Below, piece by piece: positions 9,054 to 20,310 of a stretch of 64,000 bases of DNA. The first letter of the stretch is position 1; the number at the start of each line of letters is the position of its first letter. Origin of the DNA: Candidatus Bathyarchaeota archaeon. GTDB lineage: Archaea > Thermoproteota > Bathyarchaeia > Bathyarchaeales > Bathycorpusculaceae. The stretch is taken from positions 544,001-608,000 of the forward strand of contig CAWHVC010000001.1 of NCBI GenBank assembly GCA_963832745.1. Reading direction: 5' to 3'. Below the pieces are notes generated by a model, which saw nothing but the letters and a program-made list of their open reading frames with translations, had not been told where the DNA came from and ran no database searches. The translations under genes and the position numbers were made by a program.

Positions 9054-10433
9054 ATGGTTACTGACAAGTCACAAACTAAACCAACAGTAGAGGAATTACT
9101 TGCTAAGGCAAAAAAACCTGCCCAGTTATCACTACCCATGCATAGGTTTTACGAAGGAAAAATGCAGGTTATACCCAAATGCACTATCAGAAGCGTGGAT
9201 GACTTTGCAATATGGTACACTCCAGGTGTCGCCGCTGCATGCCGAGAAATCCAAGCAGACCCTGACAAATCCTTTGAGTTAACAAACAGGTGGAACTACG
9301 TTGCAATAGTCAGCGACGGCACACGTGTCTTAGGCTTAGGTGACATTGGACCTGAAGCCGCAATGCCCGTTATGGAAGGAAAAGCTCTTTTGTTCAAATA
9401 TCTTGGTGGTGTAGACGCGTTTCCAATCTGTTTAAGAACAAAAGACCCAAACGAAATAATACAAATCTGTAAAGCTCTTGAACCCACTTTTGGAGGCATA
9501 AACCTTGAAGATATCGAGAAGCCCAAATGCTTCCAAGTGCTTGAAAACGCTAGGGCAGAAATGAACATTCCAGTTTGGCATGATGATCAGCAGGGGACAG
9601 CAACCGTAATTTTGGCAGGATTAATGAATGCCTTTAAGCTGGTAGGTAAGAATCCAAAAGACAGCCTCATCACGTTGGTCGGTTCAGGCGCTGCAAACAT
9701 CAGAACCGCTTACGTGCTCATGCGTTGGGGCGTAAAACCTGGAAACATCATCTTGGCAGACACTAAAGGCGTCATTTATAAGGGCAGGCCAGACATCACT
9801 GAACAAGAAGACCCATGGAAGTATGATGTTACCCAAAAAACAAACGCGGAAGGCAGAACTGGCAGCATAGAAGAAGCCTTCAAAGGTGTTGATGCAGTTG
9901 TAGCTGCCTCTAAACCCGGACCAGGTACAATAAAGCCTGAGTGGGTAAAAAGCATGGCAAACGACGCTATTGTTTTTGCTTGTGCTAATCCGATTCCAGA
10001 AATTTGGCCATGGGAAGCAGAAGAAGCAGGTGCACGAGTAGTAGCAACTGGACGCAGTGACTTCCCCAACCAAGTTAACAACAGCATGGGCTTCCCAGCC
10101 ATCTTTAGAGGCGTCCTTGACGTTAAAGCAAAAACCATCACTGATGACATGTGTATTGCCGCAGCTAGCGAACTCGCAAATTACGCTGAAGAACGCGGAA
10201 TGGATGAGAAAAACCTGCTACCTCGAATGGATGAGTGGGAAGTTTTTCCCAGAGAAGCGGTAGCATGTGCGTTAAAATCTATTGAGCAGGGCGTAGCAAG
10301 AGTAAAACCAAGCAGGCAAGAACTTTACGAGCGTGCGTCAGCCATTATTAAAAATGCGAGGGAATCAACCGAGTTGTTGATGAAACATGGCTTGATAAAG
10401 CAAGCGCCTTCTGATGCTGAGCTTCTAAAATAA
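9054..10433 (+). CDS. NAD(P)-dependent malic enzyme
   Basis: YTPGVA, VMEGKALLFK, INLEDI, HDDQQGTA, ATGRSDFPNQVNN; start placed at MVTDK. Confidence 0.95.
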   Translation: MVTDKSQTKPTVEELLAKAKKPAQLSLPMHRFYEGKMQVIPKCTIRSVDDFAIWYTPGVAAACREIQADPDKSFELTNRWNYVAIVSDGTRVLGLGDIGPEAAMPVMEGKALLFKYLGGVDAFPICLRTKDPNEIIQICKALEPTFGGINLEDIEKPKCFQVLENARAEMNIPVWHDDQQGTATVILAGLMNAFKLVGKNPKDSLITLVGSGAANIRTAYVLMRWGVKPGNIILADTKGVIYKGRPDITEQEDPWKYDVTQKTNAEGRTGSIEEAFKGVDAVVAASKPGPGTIKPEWVKSMANDAIVFACANPIPEIWPWEAEEAGARVVATGRSDFPNQVNNSMGFPAIFRGVLDVKAKTITDDMCIAAASELANYAEERGMDEKNLLPRMDEWEVFPREAVACALKSIEQGVARVKPSRQELYERASAIIKNARESTELLMKHGLIKQAPSDAELLK

Positions 10434-10511
10434 TTTTTTTTTAAAAAATCTTTTTTTCGGGGAAAGTTATTTAAGCCGAAAATTGTGACATAGCCTTCTC
10501 AGGGAACAAAA

Positions 10512-11096
10512 ATGCGTTCAGATGTTACATTGTATGTTGTTGCAGTATTCTTTTTTGCACTTACTATTGCTTCAGCTTTCATATTTAATGAAGCAGAAAG
10601 AAGTTTATGGATAGTTTCCACTGCGGTTCTGGGCATCCTTTCAGTCGGCTTAGGGTACTACCAGAGGCCAAAAGCAAAGGTCAGTATCCAAAAAATGCAG
10701 AAAGCCCCTGTTGCAACAGTCCCTGCAGAATCAATTGTACAACCAGTGTCAGTTCAAGTAGAAACTCAAAGTGAACAAGCAGCAATCATCGAAACAGTTC
10801 CTGTTGGAACCGCCGAAATAGAAGCAGCGAGACCTACTGTTGAACCTCTTGCGTCAGAAGAACAGGCATCCATAGAAATAACACAAGCAGAGGCAGCCGC
10901 TGCCCCGGTTGAGAAACAAGTTGAAACGGCGTTAACAAATGTTAAGGGTATCGGGGAGAAAAGAGCCGCGCAGCTTAATTCTTTGGGGATAAACACGGTT
11001 GAAGAGTTAGCTAATGCATCAGTTGCTGATGTTGCAGAAAGTTTGAAGGTTTCGGCGAAGATTGTGGCTAAATGGGTTGAAGCTGCAAAACAATAA
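10512..11096 (+). CDS. Membrane protein with C-terminal helix-hairpin-helix domain
   Basis: Two N-terminal TM helices, acidic linker, VKGIGEKRAAQL..GINTVEELA HhH motif. Confidence 0.8.
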   Translation: MRSDVTLYVVAVFFFALTIASAFIFNEAERSLWIVSTAVLGILSVGLGYYQRPKAKVSIQKMQKAPVATVPAESIVQPVSVQVETQSEQAAIIETVPVGTAEIEAARPTVEPLASEEQASIEITQAEAAAAPVEKQVETALTNVKGIGEKRAAQLNSLGINTVEELANASVADVAESLKVSAKIVAKWVEAAKQ

Positions 11097-11109
11097 TAAA
11101 AAAAGAAAT

Positions 11110-11412
11110 TTATGGGAAAGTATGCATGTAGGTTGCGTGGGCTTCCAGCGGCATCATTTTCACAATGTTTCTTTTTTCTAATCTTTTAAGTGCGTCAAGG
11201 CATTCGTCTTTTTTTTCGCCAGTAATGTTCAGGTTTATCATTATTTCTTTTACTGACACTGCTGGGTTTCCAAAGTTTTCGTGACGCTTATAGAGGTGTC
11301 GGACAATGGATTTCTCAAGTTTGCCGCATCGCCAAGTGGTGTTTCTTATTAGGACAACAATTGTTTGGACAAGTGTCTGTTCGTTGGCTTTTCTTCCTCG
11401 GGAATCCCCCAT
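11110..11412 (-). CDS. Hypothetical protein, possibly winged helix
   Basis: Start placed at MGDSRG; C-terminal ALKRLEKRNIVK pattern. Confidence 0.55.
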   Translation of the reverse strand: MGDSRGRKANEQTLVQTIVVLIRNTTWRCGKLEKSIVRHLYKRHENFGNPAVSVKEIMINLNITGEKKDECLDALKRLEKRNIVKMMPLEAHATYMHTFP

Positions 11413-11493
11413 TTCTCCCCACCATCCAGAACAACTGGTGTCTGAGTTTTTAAACGTTTGTTTCAAAAAAGTATGGTGCAACTGAACAGTTAA

Positions 11494-11943
11494 CTATAAA
11501 TTTTTTTTAAGGTATAATCCATGCTTTTTTCCATAATACCCTTCGAGCAAACCAATCTCTTCATAACCCAACCGTCGATACAATCTTAAAGCGGAGCTGT
11601 TATCCTGACGAACCTCTAAACGGCATTCAGTGACACCGCGCGATTTTAAAATAGCCTCGCAATCAAAAAGCAATTTCTGTGCCACGCCTTTTCTACGAAA
11701 AATGACAGCTACATTGAGTGTAATAATATGTCCAAAGATGATGTCTTCTTGATTTTCGAGTTGCAAAATAATGAAACCGGCAATTTTACCGTTAGTTTTT
11801 GCAATTAAACTTATCGAGTTATAATCCGTTAACAGGTAAGAGATTTGTTGCCTGCTAAATGCTTCAGAGGTAAAACATTGTTTTTCGATTTCCACCAGTT
11901 GCTCTAGATCTTTAAGCGATGCGTCTTCGATTCTTATGTCCAT
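11494..11943 (-). CDS. rimI: RimI/Ard1-like N-acetyltransferase
   Basis: GNAT motifs RRKGVA, LEVRxxN.A..LY..GY. Confidence 0.85.
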   Translation of the reverse strand: MDIRIEDASLKDLEQLVEIEKQCFTSEAFSRQQISYLLTDYNSISLIAKTNGKIAGFIILQLENQEDIIFGHIITLNVAVIFRRKGVAQKLLFDCEAILKSRGVTECRLEVRQDNSSALRLYRRLGYEEIGLLEGYYGKKHGLYLKKNL

Positions 11944-11996
11944 GAGTTTGATTCCTTACTTGTGTGATTGAAGCTTTTGATTTTTAAGTTTTGCAG

Positions 11997-13079
11997 TTAA
12001 ATGGCAGGTTTGTTAGGGGCTGAATTGATTATTGGTTTTAGTGTTAACCATTGCTGTGCGCCAAAACCTATGAAAAATCTGAGCCAAAGGGTGAGCAGTC
12101 TTGATAAAATTGTGGCTGTAGCTGCGATTGCTGGGTCAATGCTAAAAGCCATGTACAATGTCGTCATGGTTGCTTCGGGGAGGCCTACTTCAAAGGGGAT
12201 TCCGATTGGAATTGATTTTACTGCTAAAACAATCGCAGCTGTGATAGTAATCATACTCCAAGTAACTGAGACTCCAAGTGATAAGAAAACTAGGTACTGT
12301 ATTCCAAGGCTGGAAGCCCAAGTTATAATTAAGTAGAAGAATGAAATAATTACCGGTTTAGGCTTGTTTTTGAATTCTCTCATTGATAGGTGGAAGCCTT
12401 GGGTGATTTGATGTGCGTTCTTTTTGAGTTGGTTTAGGTCCCAATGGCCCATGCTTATGAATTTGGCGGCTTTTATTGTCCAGTTAATCAGTTTTGTTGT
12501 CCATTTCTCCTTGAAAGATAAAATAATTAACGCGATCAAAGAGGTTGAAATTGCGATGGCAACAAAAAGTATAGAGTCAAAAATTAGCGCGCTAATCTGT
12601 GTTTGGCCGCCTGTAATTAAAAGCACTATACCTACAACGAGGACGGCTACGTTCATGCCCATTCCTAAGAATCTGTGTGTAACAAGGGATGCCATTGCTG
12701 GTCCGCATTTGTTGTTGCCTTGTTCTTTTGTGATAAGATATACACGTATGAGTTCGCCGCTAACTGATTCAGCTGGGACAATTGTGTCGACAAAGATTCC
12801 GTACCAAACAAATAGGTAGGAGCGTAAAATGGATAATTTGATGTAGAGGAAATTTGTTAGTACTCGCCAGCTGATTGAGAAAAATAGTATTTCAAGGATG
12901 CTAAGGGTTGCAGCCAGTAGGTATGGCAGGGGGTTAATGGTTTGCAGGGTGGTTATGATGCCGTTTATGTCGACTTGGAATAGGTATATGTAGATGAAGA
13001 AAGCTGCAATACCAATTGTTGGAAAAAGTACGGTTTTCCAGGTTATTTTGGTTTGCGGTATCTCTTCCACCCTTTGCAC
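11997..13079 (-). CDS. Lysylphosphatidylglycerol synthase TM-domain / putative flippase (UPF0104)
   Basis: Multi-TM; PAESVSGELIR and PxxxGLPE motifs, RLLTLW. Confidence 0.8.
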   Translation of the reverse strand: MQRVEEIPQTKITWKTVLFPTIGIAAFFIYIYLFQVDINGIITTLQTINPLPYLLAATLSILEILFFSISWRVLTNFLYIKLSILRSYLFVWYGIFVDTIVPAESVSGELIRVYLITKEQGNNKCGPAMASLVTHRFLGMGMNVAVLVVGIVLLITGGQTQISALIFDSILFVAIAISTSLIALIILSFKEKWTTKLINWTIKAAKFISMGHWDLNQLKKNAHQITQGFHLSMREFKNKPKPVIISFFYLIITWASSLGIQYLVFLSLGVSVTWSMITITAAIVLAVKSIPIGIPFEVGLPEATMTTLYMAFSIDPAIAATATILSRLLTLWLRFFIGFGAQQWLTLKPIINSAPNKPAI

Positions 13080-13379
13080 CCCATATTTAATTGGTGTGGC
13101 AGAATGGACAATATGTGATTATATATGTTGTCCTGTTATAACCAAAAATAGGTTATTATTTGTATTTAGGATGGTTTATTTTTTATTTTGGGTTTGAAGT
13201 TTATTCTGTTTTTTTGATGTGTATTTTTTAAGGTTCGGGTAGTTTATTGTTATTTTGTTTTTGTGCTTAAGCTGCAGTTGATGCATTGTTTTTGGTTGCA
13301 AATTTTATCAGTGAAGGGGCAAATGAGAAATATTTTTGGTAGGTAGGGGTTTAGTGCTTTATTTACTGCAGTGTGGAAG

Positions 13380-13600
13380 TCTATGTTTGTTTTTTTAACA
13401 GTTTTTTATTTTGTTTATGTCTAATTTGTTGGGGTTTTTTGTTTTTTGTGGGGGTGGGTGTTTTGGGGTTTTCTTGTCCCGGTTTTTGGTTGTGGGGGGG
13501 TTTGGTTTTTTGTTTTGGGGTGTTTTTTGGGTTGGTTTGGGATGGGTGGGGTGGATTTTTGTTGTTGGGGGTATGTTGGTTGGGTGGGGTGAGGATGGGC
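13380..13600 (+). repeat. Low-complexity G/T-rich tract
   Basis: Almost only G and T, with many G3-G6 runs. Confidence 0.85.
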
Positions 13601-13776
13601 TGCTGCATTGGTGTCTTATAGCAGGAACCTTCAGACTATTCACACCTGCCTGCTCAATAGAAAACACTCACGCTTCCAAGAAAGAAACTAAAATATTCAA
13701 AATCCATTAAGACAAGGTTTGATAGTTTGCAATATTTATAATTTTTTAAATATTGCATGTTTTGAATGGGTTTAAC

Positions 13777-13838
13777 GAGGTTAACTCTGCTTCCCTCCTG
13801 GAATTTTGGGGAATGGCGAAGGAAACAGAGTTAATCTC
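13777..13838. repeat. 18-bp imperfect inverted repeat
   Basis: GAGGTTAACTCTGCTTCC ... GGAAACAGAGTTAATCTC. Confidence 0.7.
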
Positions 13839-14477
13839 AAAAATTGTTAAACAAATCAGAGTTAAAAAGCTTGTTTCGAAAATAAAATATTTAGAAAATT
13901 TTTAAAATTTATATTCTCAAACTTGCCAATTTTTTCCATTGATTACTAAAATTTTTCCATATTTATAATTTTGACCACTTTTCAGTTCAATTAAAGACAA
14001 TACAGCAATACAACGCTTGTGAGCCATCATGCAAAAAAGCTCTGTGTTAACCATCAACAAAAGGGCTATAAACAACTTGTCAAGTTAGAAGTAGTAGGGC
14101 AAACAATTTTTTACTGTTCAACTACTTTTAAAGCAAGTGACTGCATTATTGGCGAAACTGGCAACAACTTTGTATTACATTAAAGGTAGTAGAACGGTCT
14201 TTTTTGTTTTTGCAGTGGCTTTGTTGTGGTTGCTTTTCAAAAGTAAAGCATAAATCTGTTGCAATTTTGGTTTCTAAAAGTCATTTAAGGTCTTTTCATG
14301 ATTAACCAAATAAATTTAAAAAATTTTAAGAATAACAGCCTTATCTTTTAAAGAAAAGATAAAAATTTTCACTCTTATTCTACCAAAACCTAAAACACCA
14401 AACAAAAACAAAACAAGCAAACAATCAAGGATAAAAAAATTAAACAAGCAGGTGATAGGTTAAAAATCAGCAGTATA

Positions 14478-16071
14478 CTAATCCAAGTTAAATCTAATCA
14501 TAAGCTTTTCAAAAATATCCAGAGCAAAGGTTACTATCTTGCTTATTGGTCCAAGCCCTGCTGTCATTGCACGCAAACTGTTTAAATCAGTTATTGAAAG
14601 CGTTTTAGTTAGCATTATAGCTGCAATCAAAACAATTACATAAAATATTGCGCCGATAAACAATTCAATCACGCTTGAAAAACTTGTGAAACCTACAAAA
14701 AGATATGTAAATATAGCAGTTATTGCGGAGCAAGCAAGAATTTTAGCTGAAGAAACCCAGTCAACCGTTAAGTCATAGTGTTTTTTAATCCAAATTAATG
14801 ATAGAATTAAACTTGGAACCCCAGCCGCTATGGTAGTGAAGATCAAGCCAAAGACGCCATAGGTCATAATTAAAATGTAACCCATTGGAAAACCTATCAC
14901 AGCGGTAAGCAGTGTAAATTTTAAGTTTAATTTTGTTTGCCCTTGACTGTTTATTATGTTGCCGATGCTCAAGTTCCCTGTTGCAGTAAATAAGTAACTT
15001 ATAGATAATAGTGAAAGAAAAAGTGGCGCTGAACTGTACGAATCCCCAAAAAGTGTGGCAACCGCTGGACCAGACAAGCACATCACCAAAGCAGCAACTG
15101 GAACAACAATTAACGCAGAATATTTAACCGAGAATTGAAACACATCTTTCAGTGCAGCCCTATCCTTTTTAATGTCTAGTTTTGAGAAAGCTGGAAAAAG
15201 CATGGCGGTTATTGGCATAGAAAAGAAGCTAATTAAAACTACAAAGTTCAAGGCGGCATAATAGTTTCCGATTAGTGAATTATCTGCGTAAAATATTGGA
15301 AGAAGCATGACGTAAAATTGAGCAACAAAACCAGAAATTATCGTTAGCAACGAAATTGGCAGGCCATACTTGAGCATTTCTTTTGTGTATTCTCTTAGTT
15401 CCAGTTTGTGAGAGAACGGTTTAGGTATTTTCCGGTAAAGAAGCAAAATAAATCCAATTCCAACAAACCCTGCAACCACGGAAGACATCGTAAAACCTAT
15501 AACTGCACCTGAAGTCCCTAAACCAGCAATTACCAGACCAATTATTAGACAAGGTTTTGATAACTGATTGACAAACCAGCATAACACTATTGTAAGTTGT
15601 TTCTTCAGTTCCTGTAAACACGGCTGTTGCAGCACTAATTAACCCACCCGCCAATATTGAAATCGAAGCTATCTGAATTAGCGAAGCAATTTCCGGGCGA
15701 CTATAAATATCGCTTGCAAGATAACCTGAAATAAGAAAAGAAACTAAAGCTAAAATAATCCCCAAAGCTAATTCGAAAACTATGCCAGAGATAAATATGC
15801 TTCTTATTTCTGAAGTACGATTTTCTGCTCGATATTGAGCCGTGTAACGCACCATTGCAGAATTAATACCCCAATCCCGAAAAATCATTATCAAATTAGG
15901 AACCGCAAGGGCAATTGCATACAGACCATAGGCGTCTGAACCTAGCAAGTTTGCGATAAAAATAGTACCTACTGATGAAATGACTGTTGAGATTACCAAC
16001 CCCCAAAGGTAGTGAAAACTAGCCTTTGTCGAAGTTTTGGCCAATTCTGCTGCTTTACTCATTTTACTCAA
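14478..16071 (-). CDS. Oligosaccharide flippase (Wzx/MOP family), +1 frameshift at ~15549
   Basis: Two overlapping ORFs join as ...QSVIKTL/LIIGLVIAGLG... if one base is removed. Confidence 0.88.
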
Positions 16072-16421
16072 CGCGTTGGATTTATTACGTTACGTTTATT
16101 GATTGCGGTAAATTTAGAATCGTATTCTAATATAGTTGACGTATTAGCAATTTTTATTGGAATATCTGCGATTGTTACAGCTACGCCATCTCTACCAATC
16201 AGTAACTTTCCCGAATAACATTAAATGATAAGGTTCTTGTGGCTACGGTCTTACACCAAGTAAAAACAGGGGCATTCTTGTTTGTCTAAAAAGTCTGCTT
16301 TTACTGCCCAATTTCCTTAGCGTATCTACTCAATGAACAGTTTCCGACCTAGCTATACTATAAGAGTTTCAGTAAATTTTCGTCATTAATTTGAAAATAT
16401 TATTTGAAGGAAAAAGGAGTT

Positions 16422-16736
16422 TCAGTTTGAAACTAGTTGTTCTTCTTCAGGAAGCGGCAGGTTAGCTTGAAAATGGATGCTTGATGCTTGGTAGTTTTTG
16501 TAGAATTGTTTCATTTTGTGTGTTCGTCTTCTTGCGGAGAATGCTAAGTAAAGAATTGATGTGATAAGGAAGGCGGAGTCAAGCACGTTTGGGAATGTTG
16601 GGAAGTAAACCCAATTGTTGAAGAATGTTATGAATTTTAATGCTATGCCGATTGTTCCGCAGACAAGGACAATCTGGATGCAATCGTTTGCAAGTTCACT
16701 CCAATTCTGATGCATTGCTTTCATGTGGCGTTTCAT
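16422..16736 (-). CDS. Small hypothetical membrane protein
   Basis: 104 aa, two hydrophobic segments. Confidence 0.5.
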   Translation of the reverse strand: MKRHMKAMHQNWSELANDCIQIVLVCGTIGIALKFITFFNNWVYFPTFPNVLDSAFLITSILYLAFSARRRTHKMKQFYKNYQASSIHFQANLPLPEEEQLVSN

Positions 16737-17080
16737 CCTTTTGTGTTCTCAATTGGTTTTTGTTAATAAAGTATGTTATGAAACTAGGGTACTGATTCAA
16801 AATAAGTAACAAAATGTTTAGGGCTAATGCAGGATTAAACCGTTTTGGCATGTTAACAGTAAAGGGAAAAGCAGCAGAGTGGCCGCTGAAATGTGCTAAC
16901 AGGCAGGTTTAAGGTTTTTAGCATGATTTCGGCTTTAGAAAACAGTGTTAACTGCCTACCCCTGATTCTGCAGAGTTTCTAATAGAACCAAAAAAGTTCA
17001 GAAACAAACCAGAGCTTGTTAACAATTTTGGCAAAACATAGCTAAAGAAAAAATTACAAAAGTAGAGAAGAAAAAAGAAG

Positions 17081-17827
17081 TTAAAGTTTTAACTGCTTTT
17101 TTGCGTGCTTACTTAGCAGTAACACGGCAGATGCTGTAGCAAGTATCAATGGAACAACCACAAAAGAAATCTCTGGAACACTAGGAGTTGGCTGATTGAC
17201 AGCCCAAACATCAGAATTAGTGTTAGTCAATGTTTCCTTGGTTGTTGTTGTCTGACCATTGAGAGTTGTGTTTGTTTGATAGGAATAGTCAACAGCGATA
17301 CCTTTGATTTTGTCGAAGTATATTGTGATTGTTTCATCGGGTTCTTGACTTAAAATTATGTTTGTTTCTCTTTGGCCAGTTGCATAGGACCGAGTTACAG
17401 TGTCAGTTATTGTTTGGTGTCCACCATTTGGGTAAACGAGTTGATTTTTCTCAATGTTTGCCCTGACTATCAGGAAGCCATATGGAATATTGATTGCACC
17501 TGAATCAATGTTTATTGTTCCTGACTGAACGGTGCTTGTGCCGTTTTTAAAGGATTTAATGCAGTCTAAAGTAATGTTTGATCCGTCAACTTGAGTTATT
17601 TTGAATTGAATCTTTTGTGTATTGTTCAAATCTGTTATGTAACTGGGAGGGATTGCTGACGGGTTAGTGGAAGTCCAAGTAACGTTATAGCTGTAATCAA
17701 ACGTTTCACCCTTTGATATCCCAGCAGTGGTTGTTTGGGCAAATGCAGAAAAAGCTATTGAAGATGTCAAGCAACATAATGTTAACAGTAATACTGTAAA
17801 TATTGATCTTTTCATTTTCTTGTCCAA
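17081..17827 (-). CDS. Secreted surface protein with PEF-CTERM-like anchor
   Basis: Signal peptide ending AFA; T-rich body; PSVPEI-TM-KHAKK C-terminus. Confidence 0.75.
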   Translation of the reverse strand: MDKKMKRSIFTVLLLTLCCLTSSIAFSAFAQTTTAGISKGETFDYSYNVTWTSTNPSAIPPSYITDLNNTQKIQFKITQVDGSNITLDCIKSFKNGTSTVQSGTINIDSGAINIPYGFLIVRANIEKNQLVYPNGGHQTITDTVTRSYATGQRETNIILSQEPDETITIYFDKIKGIAVDYSYQTNTTLNGQTTTTKETLTNTNSDVWAVNQPTPSVPEISFVVVPLILATASAVLLLSKHAKKQLKL

Positions 17828-17880
17828 CCTTAATTTTTTAAAAATAAAAAAGGATTAAGAGTGATTTTGGTGACTTTGAA

Positions 17881-20088
17881 TTAAGCCACTGATATCACTA
17901 CGTTATCAACCCAAACTGATTCAACAGCGCCACCAAGACCGAATTCTAGGTCTGTTTGGAAGCGGAACCAGAAGGTTGGGTCGAACATGTCGGGATTGGC
18001 AGCTTTGGTGAATGTGTGCGTGTATGTTTGCCATCCACTGTTTGCAGATATGCTAAAGGCTATCGGTGTGAAGTCTGGGCTATCTTGGTTTAAGTTTGGA
18101 TTTGTCTTCACTGAGTAGAATATTTGGAAATCGTCTGCTTCGTTAGTGTTTTCCGTTTTGTACATGAAGGATATTGTTATCGTGTTTGCGTGCGAGGTGT
18201 CTAATGAGTTTGCTGTGAATGCGCCGCTGTTTATTCCGTATGGGTCAGATTTTGCGCAGTTTGTTCCGTCTACGCCTTCACCTGTTGCAACGTACCATGG
18301 TGGTTGACTTCCGACAGTAAAGCCGTATAGCCAGTTGTCACCGTCAAAGCCAGTGGAGCGAGTGTTAATGTTGAATGTTGTTTGAACTGATGCAAAGTGT
18401 GTTGCAGATACAGTTATGGTTGGTGTTCCTGTGCTTGAATCTTTATAGTAGAATGAAACTTTGTCGCTGGTTATGGTTAATGGTGATGTTTCGGTTATTT
18501 GTTGTGTGCATGCAGAGTCCTTGTAGAATTTGCCGCCGCTGGATGTTGATGCTAAGTTAAGTGTTGTTGTCCCAGTTGTGATTGGGGTTCCTGAGGAGGT
18601 TTGGCGTTGGACTGTTATTTTTGTTGATGCTCTGTTTAGTTCTATATATTGGTTTGTGCCTTCTGTGAAGACTAGTTTGTCTGTTGGTTGTGCTTGGAAG
18701 TTTGCGGTTATGGTTCCGTCGCCAAGTATTGTTGCTGTCGTTTGGGTTGCTGATGTGTCAACTATGTTGATGTCGCCGCTATGTGTCCAAGAAGTGAATA
18801 CGTAGCCAGTTTTTGGTGTAGCTGTTATGGTGACTTTGTCGCCGTAACCGTAGTTAATGGTTCCAGACGGGTTTATTGTTCCGTATGCTGGATTGTTTAC
18901 TGTGTAAGTTACTGTGTATGACGTGGGGTTTGCAGGTGTTATGGTGAATGTTGTTGTTGCTGTTTGATAGTCTGTTGCTTGTGCGGTTAGGGTTTGAGTG
19001 CCAAATATTGAAGACTTGTAATAGAAGTCAGCCCCGTTTAAATTGGAGTTGATTGTGATTGTAGTAATCGCGTTAGTGCATGCTGAGTCAGAGTAGAATG
19101 TTCCGGCTGTTGCACTTAGAGTGACTGTTGTTGTACCTGTTGTGATTGGGGTACCTGTTGAATCTTGGCGTTGTATGGTTATCTTTTCTGATGCAGTGCC
19201 TGTTTGCAGACTTTGTGGTGTACCGGCTACGAAAGCAAGCTTGTTGTTATTTGTTGGTTCATCTGTTGGGGTTGGTGTGTTGGTTGGTGGAGTTTCTGTC
19301 GGGGTGGCTGTTGGGGTTGGGTTGTCCGTTGGGTTTGGATTGTCGGTTGGTGTGGTTGTTGGAGTTGGTGTTGGAGTTGGGCTTGGTGGCGTGGTGGCGA
19401 AGGTTGCTGTAACGGTGCCGTCAACGTTTACTTTTACATATGTTGTTGAATCTGAAGTGCCGTAAATTGTGTTAGTTGTTGGATTGCTGCTCCAGTATTG
19501 GAAGTAGTATTCGGATCCTGCTATTGCAGTGATTGGTATTACTGAGCCCTTGAAGTATGAGTGTGCACCTACTGATGGCGTTATTGATGATGAGCCGGCG
19601 TCAACCATTTGGAAGGTTATAGTTGCGTTGGTAGCTGATTGTTGTCCTGCATCGCCTGAGCCTTCAATGAATGTTCCCTCAATAGTTACAATTTTGATGT
19701 GAAGTTCCTCGTTTGGCAATGGTATGTAGTCGATTACAAGTTTTAGGGTTTGACCTTCAGTGATAGGTATAGGATCAAGTGGAATAGCGGGTTGGTCATC
19801 CACTAAAAGGATGTTTTTAAGTACGTCGTTAACGTAAACTGCGCCGTCATACTTGAGATGCACAGTTCCTTGGCCCGTGTTTTGCACGTAAACTACCAAG
19901 TTTCCCTGAGTGGTAAAGCTTTGAAGCTGTATGCTGTTGTCTGCCTTTCCAGTTTGGTTGCCCATGTAGCCCATAACCCAAGCGTAAGCAACAAGCCCCG
20001 CTATCACGGCTATAGCAATCATAAGCAACGCTGAAATAACCGGCGAAATAGCACGAATTGACCGTTTAAACTTTGTAATATTTCTCAT
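17881..20088 (-). CDS. Large type IV pilin-domain adhesin (735 aa)
   Basis: Class III signal KRSIRA/ISPVISALLMIAIAV; pilin domain; PT-rich linker; duplicated KLxF..ITxQRQ..GTPITTG..FY.DSACT domain; C-terminal VWVDNV beta-sandwich. Confidence 0.85.
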   Translation of the reverse strand: MRNITKFKRSIRAISPVISALLMIAIAVIAGLVAYAWVMGYMGNQTGKADNSIQLQSFTTQGNLVVYVQNTGQGTVHLKYDGAVYVNDVLKNILLVDDQPAIPLDPIPITEGQTLKLVIDYIPLPNEELHIKIVTIEGTFIEGSGDAGQQSATNATITFQMVDAGSSSITPSVGAHSYFKGSVIPITAIAGSEYYFQYWSSNPTTNTIYGTSDSTTYVKVNVDGTVTATFATTPPSPTPTPTPTTTPTDNPNPTDNPTPTATPTETPPTNTPTPTDEPTNNNKLAFVAGTPQSLQTGTASEKITIQRQDSTGTPITTGTTTVTLSATAGTFYSDSACTNAITTITINSNLNGADFYYKSSIFGTQTLTAQATDYQTATTTFTITPANPTSYTVTYTVNNPAYGTINPSGTINYGYGDKVTITATPKTGYVFTSWTHSGDINIVDTSATQTTATILGDGTITANFQAQPTDKLVFTEGTNQYIELNRASTKITVQRQTSSGTPITTGTTTLNLASTSSGGKFYKDSACTQQITETSPLTITSDKVSFYYKDSSTGTPTITVSATHFASVQTTFNINTRSTGFDGDNWLYGFTVGSQPPWYVATGEGVDGTNCAKSDPYGINSGAFTANSLDTSHANTITISFMYKTENTNEADDFQIFYSVKTNPNLNQDSPDFTPIAFSISANSGWQTYTHTFTKAANPDMFDPTFWFRFQTDLEFGLGGAVESVWVDNVVISVA

Positions 20089-20263
20089 TTGTTATTCTCC
20101 TTTCCTCAAACTATAGTTTACTCTAAATCGTTAAATCAAATATCCGCTAAGTCGATATTTAAAGGAATCTTAAGAAACCACAACGTATCAAGAACAAGAA
20201 TAAGTACAAAAACAGACACAACCAAAACCGCACAACCAACCCAAAAAACAAAGAAACAACATG

Positions 20264-20310
20264 CTAATGGCTTGTTTTCCAACCATTAGCACCCTACCCC
20301 CTTATAGGTA
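20264..20310. repeat. Dispersed intergenic repeat copy
   Basis: CTAATGGCTTGTTTTCCAACCATTAGCACCCTACCCCCTTATAGG; includes the IR GCTAATGG/CCATTAGC. Confidence 0.6.

Noticed and set aside
13373-13710. Several ORFs over the G/T tract
   Set aside because: They are open only because the low-complexity sequence lacks stop codons; the compositions are not protein-like.
19121-19465. Antisense ORFs and tandem-like repeats
   Set aside because: Shadow of the Pro/Thr linker of the 735-aa pilin; not a CRISPR array or a separate gene.
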